This document shows positions 57,332 to 64,000 of a stretch of DNA of 64,000 bases, piece by piece. The notes beneath the pieces are model-generated. The model ran no database searches. It was not told where the DNA came from and saw nothing but the letters and a program-made list of their open reading frames with translations. How positions within the stretch are numbered: the stretch's first letter is position 1; each line of letters begins with the position of its first letter. This DNA comes from a virus. The stretch is taken from positions 1-64,000 of IMG/VR virus record IMGVR_UViG_3300033144_005375; one strand, given 5' to 3'. The position numbers and the translations under genes were made by a program.

Positions 57332-60152
57332 CGATCATTTCCTTCCGCATCTGCTTCCAGACATTGTCCAGAATCTTCTCGTCTTCATCGTCGAGTTCAG
57401 GGGCCTCTTCGACCTCGGCACCCGACTCGCCATCGTCTTTTTCTTGGGCAGCCAAGAACAGGGCCACCCGGCTCAGGCTCGCGGCACGCTGGAGATATTC
57501 ATCCGCACCAATGCCAGCAGCCTCGGCCTTTTCACGAGCGTACTTGGTCAGAGCCTCCACGCTCAGTGAATCCTCTCCCAACGGGAAAGTCATACCGCGA
57601 CCCGTTCCCCATCGGCGCCACCAATCTCGGACAGGTTTGCCCGCAGCCATGACGTGGACAAACTCCAGTCCGATAGGCATCGCACCCTCCTGCTGATCCG
57701 CCTTTTGAGGGTAAACCTCGAGAACCTTAGCCCTCAACTCTTCCGGCATCGCATTCCAAGAACCACTGGGGTAGTTGGCGTTGTATCCAAGAGCGGGCCA
57801 CGCGTAGTAACCCTTGTAGGTCCGGTCGTAAAAACTACCAGCAGCCGAGGTCGAAAGCTGCTCGAACCCAAGCTCTCGAGCCATCGCCACTTGGGTCGCC
57901 AACATCTTCGTACCGATGCCTCGGCCTTTTCGTCCTTTCACCTTGAAATGAGCATTGCTGATATTAGTCGGTTTCCCGTTGGCATCGAAATTAATGTGGC
58001 GCGTCATCACGCTGACCCCAGGACCCCTCCCCTGGACCGTAATGCTCGAACCGTATGCAGTAATCGTGAGGCTCCGCAAAGAGTTAGCGATACCTCCAGC
58101 TCCGGCCAGATCCGCGGCGACCTCAAGAGGGTCCCGATCACCGAGCTTGTCCCCGAGCAACGTTCGGATCTTAGCCTTCGTCCCCGAAGTCGCGTTGATC
58201 TCCACATCTGCGTAACGATCAGGCTGGAAATTCGGAGTGAGATCTCCTTGACCCTTCTCGGCAAAGGACATCTCCCCACCATCAGGACCAGTGATTTTCT
58301 TGGGAGGGGGTTGGAGTTTCCTGGGAAGCACGTTGATGCGCCGGACGTGGGCCCAATCCGAAAGCTCCGCACCCGTGAACTCTTCGGGCTCCCCGATGTC
58401 GCGACCCGTCCGCGAGTTGACACGCTGGATAGTCATCCCCCCTGTGTCACGCGAAACGGAAACGATGCGAGCCCACGTCGGCTTCTTGTCCGAGTAGATC
58501 TTGACGATCTTCCCTTCCCGCACTCGGTGGTCCAGCCGGGAAAGCCGTGTTCCGGGAGGCTTGCGTTTCAGGGGCAGCGAGGGTTGAACGTAGAAGAACT
58601 CTTTGTCCTTAAGGGCCTGAGCTGGGATCTCTTTGGGACGACCGTAACGACGCTCGGACTTCGGGTCGTACTCCTGCGCCATCATCGTGTCGCCATCCAC
58701 CTTGGTGACGTAATACTGCTTGGCGTCGTCACCCTCCCCGACACGCATGATGCCCTTGCGGCGCATCTGTCGAGGTTCTTGAACGCGCTCATCTTTGATA
58801 GGCGCCAGACCCGACTCGAGCAATCGCTTGAACCGTCCGGTAATTTCTTCGGGCTTGAGGCGCTCCGCTTGGCGATTTGTGAGTAGCGTATCCGTAATCT
58901 CTTGGGGAGGGCCAAAGTTCCCGTGGTTGTACTCGGTGGCTATCAACTTGTCGCCGACACTGCGCACCATGACATACCGAGATTCGCCATAGCGGGCCTT
59001 GAACCTGAGAACGTCACCTTCCGCCACGTCCTTCGGATCTCGGACCTCCCCAAAAGGACGCTCGCGGTCAGGATCAGGCGTCGGTGCAGGCTCGGGCTCG
59101 GGTGTGGATTCTGGTGCCGCTTCCGGAGCAGGCTTCCGAAGGTACCCTCCGCCACGTTGTTTCTCGATTTCGTCCGGGTAGTACCAAGGGCCGCCGTCAC
59201 CACGAATAGCGCCGTCTCGAATTTCCGTGACCTTGAGGAGCTCCTGGCCTCGGAAACCGTCCTCGTAGAACCCGTCGCCTACCTTGAAACCCGATAGGTC
59301 ATCGACGGTATCGAAACCTTCGGGTATTGCCTTCGAGCGAGGCATCTGTTGCCGTTCGGGCTCGGGTGTCTGCTCCGGTTGTGGCCGCTCCTTGAGCGTG
59401 TACTGGTCACGCACAAAAGTGGAGCGCCGCAACGACTGTCTTCTGTTGCTCCACTCCCCGTTTTGCTTTTTCCAGTGGTACTCCACGCGCCCGTCATCGA
59501 ACACGCGAGTCACCTTGATATCTCGACCCGTTCTCGAACGGAGGATATCTCCGCTTTGGACCTGGTGAGGGTCACGAATCGGACCTCCGCCACCAGGAGC
59601 CTGGCTTTGCTGGCTCTGTCGGAACCTCTGCAGCCACTCCTTCCGAACTCGAGCCTGCTCCGGATCTGGGAGCGAACCGAACTGCACGTCCTGTCGCGTG
59701 TCGGGGTTGCGGAATTTCTTGGGAGGCGCCGAGAACTGGTTGAACGCCGCACGCTCCTCATTGGAAAACTCAGCACCGGGTCCCGCCGGCTCACGAGGTG
59801 CACGAGGCGCTTCGGGCTCGGCTGCGGGACTAGATGGCTCCTCTGGAGGTCGGGTGAACAGGTCAGCGACCGGGGTGGGCTCCGGTGTGGGCTCCGGTGC
59901 CGGTTCCGGTGTGGGCTCGGGCTCCGGGGTGGGTTGAGCTTGAGACGGTTCCTCTGGAGGTCGGGTGAACAGGTCAAGAGGCTCGGGGGCTGCTTCCGGT
60001 TCTGGAGCTGCTTCGGGCTCGGGGGCTGCTTCCGGTTCCGCGTCGGAAGGCGGACGTGTAAACAGGTCCAACCCTCCCGATGGCGCCGAAGGAGGGGGCG
60101 ACGCAGGAGGAGCCTCCGAAGTCGGAGCCGGCTGGAACAGGTTGAACGCCAT
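57321..60152 (-). CDS. multidomain GNAT-like paralog 1 with SH3/Tudor-like repeats (943 aa)
   Basis: DLFTRPP x3; RKGRGIGTKMLATQV (acetyl-CoA motif A)...GYYAWPALGY. Confidence 0.7.
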   Translation of the reverse strand: MAFNLFQPAPTSEAPPASPPPSAPSGGLDLFTRPPSDAEPEAAPEPEAAPEPEAAPEPLDLFTRPPEEPSQAQPTPEPEPTPEPAPEPTPEPTPVADLFTRPPEEPSSPAAEPEAPRAPREPAGPGAEFSNEERAAFNQFSAPPKKFRNPDTRQDVQFGSLPDPEQARVRKEWLQRFRQSQQSQAPGGGGPIRDPHQVQSGDILRSRTGRDIKVTRVFDDGRVEYHWKKQNGEWSNRRQSLRRSTFVRDQYTLKERPQPEQTPEPERQQMPRSKAIPEGFDTVDDLSGFKVGDGFYEDGFRGQELLKVTEIRDGAIRGDGGPWYYPDEIEKQRGGGYLRKPAPEAAPESTPEPEPAPTPDPDRERPFGEVRDPKDVAEGDVLRFKARYGESRYVMVRSVGDKLIATEYNHGNFGPPQEITDTLLTNRQAERLKPEEITGRFKRLLESGLAPIKDERVQEPRQMRRKGIMRVGEGDDAKQYYVTKVDGDTMMAQEYDPKSERRYGRPKEIPAQALKDKEFFYVQPSLPLKRKPPGTRLSRLDHRVREGKIVKIYSDKKPTWARIVSVSRDTGGMTIQRVNSRTGRDIGEPEEFTGAELSDWAHVRRINVLPRKLQPPPKKITGPDGGEMSFAEKGQGDLTPNFQPDRYADVEINATSGTKAKIRTLLGDKLGDRDPLEVAADLAGAGGIANSLRSLTITAYGSSITVQGRGPGVSVMTRHINFDANGKPTNISNAHFKVKGRKGRGIGTKMLATQVAMARELGFEQLSTSAAGSFYDRTYKGYYAWPALGYNANYPSGSWNAMPEELRAKVLEVYPQKADQQEGAMPIGLEFVHVMAAGKPVRDWWRRWGTGRGMTFPLGEDSLSVEALTKYAREKAEAAGIGADEYLQRAASLSRVALFLAAQEKDDGESGAEVEEAPELDDEDEKILDNVWKQMRKEMIDGR

Positions 60153-60430
60153 CAGCCTTTCCTCGTTTCCTTGAGGAGAGCTTCACGAAGTTCTGTATTT
60201 TCACGAGCGAGGTCGAGGATCAAGCCAGCCGACTTTTTACGATTCCGGGCCTCCTCACGACGACGCTTCTGGATGATCTCCCGACGCATCTGGTCCCACA
60301 CCGAATCGAGGATCTTCTCGTCTTCCTCGGTTAGGACGATCTCCTCCACCAGCTTGCGCATCTGTGGCTTCGTCTTGGGGCGCGGTTTTCGGGAGTTGGC
60401 CATTGGATCGGGTCCAGCGAGAGGAAACAC
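60152..60430 (-). CDS. small protein made mostly of the C-terminal motifs of the GNAT-like paralogs (92 aa)
   Basis: EDEKILDSVWDQMRRE and LILDLARENTELREALL. Confidence 0.6.
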   Translation of the reverse strand: MFPLAGPDPMANSRKPRPKTKPQMRKLVEEIVLTEEDEKILDSVWDQMRREIIQKRRREEARNRKKSAGLILDLARENTELREALLKETRKG

Positions 60431-60450
60431 CTCTCCCGTCCATGGAAGAC

Positions 60451-60467
60451 CGATAGCCCGAAAACCA
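60451..60467 (-). promoter_or_regulatory. putative late promoter motif
   Basis: TGGT-TTTCGG-GCTATCG upstream of the GNAT-like array. Confidence 0.55.
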
Positions 60468-60477
60468 CGCCCGACGA

Positions 60478-60675
60478 CTATTGCGCGTCTTGCGTCAACC
60501 AGTTTTCACGATCGAGTATCTCAAGCTCGACCTCTCGGTGCCACTGGCGCTTGAGATCGGCCTTGTACTTGCCCTTGAATCCTCGGGCTACCTTCTTGCC
60601 ACACACCTCCTTGATCCAAACCCATCGGCAGCCCATGGTGGTGCACTGTTCTTTTCTCTTGTTGCTTTGTTGCAT
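60478..60675 (-). CDS. hypothetical protein (65 aa)
   Basis: GGAGG SD upstream. Confidence 0.45.
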   Translation of the reverse strand: MQQSNKRKEQCTTMGCRWVWIKEVCGKKVARGFKGKYKADLKRQWHREVELEILDRENWLTQDAQ

Positions 60676-60802
60676 TGCTGAATCCTCCGGCCCCTGCGTC
60701 GCAGCAGGAAGGCGGAAAGAGGTCGTCGAAGATTCAGCAGCCGCGGTCCTACGGGAGGGCGCGACCCGGGGAAACTACCGGATCCCTGGGTACGATGCAA
60801 GC

Positions 60803-61450
60803 GTGGCCACCATCCTCCCCGGCAAATTCATCTTCCTCGCGCAGCCACACACGGGCTCGAGCGCCATGGTCCTGGCTTTCCAGGACGCTTTTCCCGAAGC
60901 CCTGGACCTGCGCCCTCATCACATGAGTATCTCCGACGTGAGGGGCCTTCCCGGGGCCACCCGGATGCAGCAGATCAGCCGGCAACGCACCCGCGTCTGG
61001 GACCACCGGCCCGCGAAACGAGCATCGATGTCTTCGATCAACGGGAGCGTCGATCCCGACATCGTGCACAAGTACATCACCGGGAAAGAGCATGTTTTCA
61101 CGGTGATCCGAAATCCCTACGACTTCCTGGTGAGCTGTTTCGTGCGTCGGGGACAAGGACAGTCGTTCGAGTCCTTCGTCCGCAGCTACCACGCGTCTCC
61201 CTACATCGAAAACGGGAAACTCTACTACCACGCGCCCAACTGCAACTCAGTCCTGTATTGGGAGAAGATGCCGCTGTGCATCCACCGGATGATGCGCAAG
61301 CTCGATCTACCCGAGTTCGAGATCGGCACCCACAACGTCACCAAAGACAAAGAGCCCTGGCCGAGCTACTTCACGCCCGAGGCTTTCGAGATCGTGAACG
61401 AGCGCTTCGGCAAGGAGTTCTCACCGCACTACAAGATGCGGCACGCCTAG
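60803..61450 (+). CDS. sulfotransferase family 2-like protein
   Basis: KFIFLAQPHTGSS (5'-PSB-like), FTVIRNPYD.LVS (3'-PB-like), H.N.T...W..YFT; the only clear plus-strand gene. Confidence 0.7.
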   Translation: MATILPGKFIFLAQPHTGSSAMVLAFQDAFPEALDLRPHHMSISDVRGLPGATRMQQISRQRTRVWDHRPAKRASMSSINGSVDPDIVHKYITGKEHVFTVIRNPYDFLVSCFVRRGQGQSFESFVRSYHASPYIENGKLYYHAPNCNSVLYWEKMPLCIHRMMRKLDLPEFEIGTHNVTKDKEPWPSYFTPEAFEIVNERFGKEFSPHYKMRHA

Positions 61451-61995
61451 GGAACGACCACGTCTTTGCGTTCGTACGCGAACGCAGAAGGGGGCTCCGA
61501 AGCCATCGCCCTCCGTTGCCAGTCATCAGGCTCAGACGGCTCCATCATGCGCAGGAGGGCTCCTTCGTAGGCGACCGCTCGCGAACGTAGCTCATCTTGT
61601 TGGCCCAACTTGCCGTTGTACGCATCCACAGCCTGGGAGACCACGAAAGTCACAGCCCCCAACTGTCGAGTTGGGTCCTCTGCCGCCATCACGGCCCAGT
61701 TGGGTGGGATCAAAATGACCGACTGCTGAACACCATCCCGGGCAATGACCGCCATGGTCAACGTCGTAACCTCGGCATGGATCGCTGTCAGGCAGTGCTC
61801 GTGTTCGATAACTTTCCAAGCATAAGCGCCCAGGTCGCTCAGGTCCGCGAGCTCAAGGCTACGGAGAGTCTCCACGCAACCGGTGAAAATACGCTCGACT
61901 CGGTGTGCCTGAGCACGCACGCCAGCATCCGGGCTGTCGTCTGCCTGGATGGCCTGGTCCCCGAAGAGATGGGAAATGATGTTCGTTGCATTCAT
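61447..61995 (-). CDS. hypothetical protein
   Basis: ATGA overlap with the kptA stop codon. Confidence 0.55.
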   Translation of the reverse strand: MNATNIISHLFGDQAIQADDSPDAGVRAQAHRVERIFTGCVETLRSLELADLSDLGAYAWKVIEHEHCLTAIHAEVTTLTMAVIARDGVQQSVILIPPNWAVMAAEDPTRQLGAVTFVVSQAVDAYNGKLGQQDELRSRAVAYEGALLRMMEPSEPDDWQRRAMASEPPSAFAYERKDVVVP

Positions 61996-62576
61996 AGATG
62001 TGCTCCGTAACGGGGGTCTTCTGGCCACACGAGGAAATCAGTCGGGACGTGGTCCGTGTACCAAACGTCGTTGGCCGTCAGAAAAAACTGGTGGCCGTCA
62101 TCGTGCATCTTCTTGGCCTCGACCTTGATGATGACGGGCTTGCCCCTGCGCTGCCCCACGTTCACCGCCGTCGCGTAGTCCCCAGACAGGTGGACCGCGT
62201 GCCGGTTCATCTTGAGCAGGCCAGCCGACTTGATCGGTGTGACGAACTTGGTCGGCGTCCCATGGTACAGGGTCTCCGGCGGCTCGGTAGGCTTGTTCCC
62301 GAGATCGACCTGGACGCTGTGTCCCTGTCGAGCCCGGATCTTGGTGCCGTCTTCGCTGTACTCGAACCGCTTCTTGTTGTTGTCTCGAACGACCTCATCC
62401 ACGATCTCGCGGTTGAGACCACGAGCTCGCTTCACCACCTGGCACTCCCGAAGGAGCGTCTTCACATCAGCCCAGCCGTTCTTGTCCAACTCGATCCCGA
62501 TCTTGCCGGGGTTGTGCCGCAGCACGAGGCTCAAGAACTTCGAGTACCCCTTTAATTGATTCTCTCTCGTATCCAT
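61992..62576 (-). CDS. kptA: RNA 2'-phosphotransferase (KptA/Tpt1)
   Basis: SKFLSLVLRH.P, NNKKRF, IRARQGHS, LYHGT, RHAVHLS, N.VWYT..VP. Confidence 0.92.
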   Translation of the reverse strand: MDTRENQLKGYSKFLSLVLRHNPGKIGIELDKNGWADVKTLLRECQVVKRARGLNREIVDEVVRDNNKKRFEYSEDGTKIRARQGHSVQVDLGNKPTEPPETLYHGTPTKFVTPIKSAGLLKMNRHAVHLSGDYATAVNVGQRRGKPVIIKVEAKKMHDDGHQFFLTANDVWYTDHVPTDFLVWPEDPRYGAHL

Positions 62577-62710
62577 GTCTTTCTCTTTTCGGGCTGACTA
62601 TACGCGGATTATGGTCGAGTCAACTCTAATCATGGACAGGAGTGTCTTGATGGTCAGGACGTAGGGAGGGTCGAGCTCCGACAACTCCCAGCGTTATACG
62701 CTTGCGGGAT

Positions 62711-63040
62711 CTACGCGTCGGGTTCCAACGAACACATGAGCGGATGCCCGTGCTCGGTAGCGAAACCGTGGACCACCGAAACCTTCGTTTCGGCGATTTC
62801 ATGGGTGTAGACACCCGCGATGCCGACACCCTGTTTGTGGACCTGCATGGTGATCCTCATGGCCTCGTCCTCGGCCTTCCGAAACACATGCTTGAGCATG
62901 CCAGCGACCCACTCTACAGGAGTGAAATCGTCGTTGTGGATGAGGACCTTGTACATGGGCGGCCTGCGAGTCTTCTGCTCCTCGCGCTCCTTGAGCCCAA
63001 CGCCGCTTTTTCGTTCTTCGTCCCGATCTCGTTCCGACAT
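62711..63040 (-). CDS. clpS: ATP-dependent Clp protease adaptor ClpS
   Basis: PPMYKVLIHNDDFTP.EWV...QVHKQG...EIAETKV...HPL. Confidence 0.92.
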   Translation of the reverse strand: MSERDRDEERKSGVGLKEREEQKTRRPPMYKVLIHNDDFTPVEWVAGMLKHVFRKAEDEAMRITMQVHKQGVGIAGVYTHEIAETKVSVVHGFATEHGHPLMCSLEPDA

Positions 63041-63059
63041 CTCTCTACTTCTACCCGAT

Positions 63060-63076
63060 CGATAGGCTCGTCACCG
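63060..63076 (-). promoter_or_regulatory. putative late promoter motif
   Basis: CGGT-GACGAG-CCTATCG upstream of clpS. Confidence 0.6.
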
Positions 63077-63292
63077 TCACATGCGCCGAGCGATGGAGGC
63101 GTTGGCCCACATGCGGGTCTCCTCCAAACGCTCCATCGCCAGTGCCTGCTCATGAGAATCCGGGCACACCTCGGCGATGAGGTCCGCCAGTTCACGGATC
63201 TTCGTACCGAGCTTCGTGTACCGCTCCTGCTGATCCCCCTTGGGAGGATGGTAAGTGAAACGGATGTCGAGTTCTTCCTTGGTGAGGGCCAT
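63077..63292 (-). CDS. Acb2/Tad1-hairpin-like small protein
   Basis: RFTYHPP..DQ.ERY...CPDS.E..LA..RLEE..MWANASIAR; resembles the Tad1 C-terminal helix SRENACALTHVEEALMW. Confidence 0.6.
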   Translation of the reverse strand: MALTKEELDIRFTYHPPKGDQQERYTKLGTKIRELADLIAEVCPDSHEQALAMERLEETRMWANASIARRM

Positions 63293-63300
63293 GCCCCACC

Positions 63301-63819
63301 CTACCCGAACACGTCAAACGCCGAAGGCTGATTCTCCCCAACGCCTTCCCGAATCTCATGTTCGGAAGCGACGGTGCCGTCCTTGAGGACATGGGCCAGC
63401 TCGATTCCGCGGTCTATGAGATCGGCCCCCACCAGACGGCGCCTGTGGCACCCAATGGGGTCGGCTTCGCTGCACATCAGGGCGACGGCCCCGAGCGCAG
63501 CATTCTTCTCCACGCCGCCCAGGAGCTCCTCGAGCGCTTCCTGGTACTGGGACGACGCCCGGATCTTGTCGTAGTCGATCTTGCCGTTGGTCAGAAGCGC
63601 CTTGTCCTCTGGAACGCCTCCCAGGGAGTGGCCCATCCACACGTAGGGAATCCCGGCTTCCTGGAGGTCTTCGGCGATCACGTACCGGTTGAACTGCGGG
63701 TTGTAGCGACTGAACGGTTTGCTCCGCACGTCCACCACGACGCCGATGCCGTTCTGCTTGAGCCGCTGGATCAGGTTCTCGGTGGGCACGTTGCTGTGCC
63801 CGATCGTGAAAAGTCTCAT
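63301..63819 (-). CDS. DUF488 family protein
   Basis: LFTIGHSN...VVDVRSKP.SR.NPQF...LMCSE.DP..CHR. Confidence 0.85.
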   Translation of the reverse strand: MRLFTIGHSNVPTENLIQRLKQNGIGVVVDVRSKPFSRYNPQFNRYVIAEDLQEAGIPYVWMGHSLGGVPEDKALLTNGKIDYDKIRASSQYQEALEELLGGVEKNAALGAVALMCSEADPIGCHRRRLVGADLIDRGIELAHVLKDGTVASEHEIREGVGENQPSAFDVFG

Positions 63820-64000
63820 CCGTTGAGCAGGTCCATGATGTTGGGGCCCTCGATCACCTTGGGCTTCTCGCGCCACGTCCAGGACTTGCGAGCCTCGAAT
63901 GGCAGCTTCCCGTGTTTCTCTTCGTAGACCGCCAGGAAAGCACGAGTCCCCTTGTTGACGTAGCCGCCGCCAGTGATCTTGCCGAACTCGGGCTCGTACT
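63816..64000 (-). CDS. C-terminal fragment of an RNase HII-like protein
   Basis: translates ...FGKITGGGYVNKGTRAFL...HGKLPFEARKSW..., matching the GSGY...T..FL...G..P...RKSW tail of archaeal-type RNase HII. Confidence 0.6.
   Translation of the reverse strand, partial: YEPEFGKITGGGYVNKGTRAFLAVYEEKHGKLPFEARKSWTWREKPKVIEGPNIMDLLNG

Noticed and set aside
62597-62623. Sigma70 promoter TTGACT...TATAGT upstream of kptA
   Set aside because: The spacer is only 15 nt, so it is possible but not well supported
62626-62710. Small ncRNA or tRNA between clpS and kptA
   Set aside because: Only imperfect hairpins; no cloverleaf or recognisable family signature
1-64000. TAG-recoded genetic code as an explanation for the split genes
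   Set aside because: Very long genes are uninterrupted in code 11, TAG ends genes at sensible boundaries, and the splits are frame changes

Overview
The window looks like about 64 kb of a GC-rich, large (jumbo-type) myophage genome, with nearly all genes on the minus strand. From right to left it carries: (1) an accessory block with an RNase HII-like fragment, DUF488, an Acb2/Tad1-hairpin-like protein, ClpS, KptA and a sulfotransferase-like gene; (2) three giant paralogous proteins with GNAT-like domains; (3) conserved hypotheticals and a quartet of paralogous virion-like proteins; (4) neck/head-tail genes and a fibre/decoration cluster; (5) a PLA2-like protein and membrane genes; (6) an actin-like ATPase; (7) the contractile tail module (2488-aa sheath, tube, chaperones, tape measure, baseplate). 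Two homing-endonuclease-like genes are inserted, one fused to a DNA methyltransferase. No capsid, portal, terminase, tRNA or CRISPR array was recognised. Strongest signals read directly from the sequence: a sevenfold nested (Russian-doll) domain stack inside the sheath; a late-promoter-driven tandem family of GNAT-like proteins with repeated LDLFxRPP motifs; four copies of a bulged RNA hairpin in 5' leaders; a 13-copy promoter-like motif; and three frameshifting lesions within 4.4 kb that may be assembly errors. All family assignments come from motif recognition by eye, not database searches.
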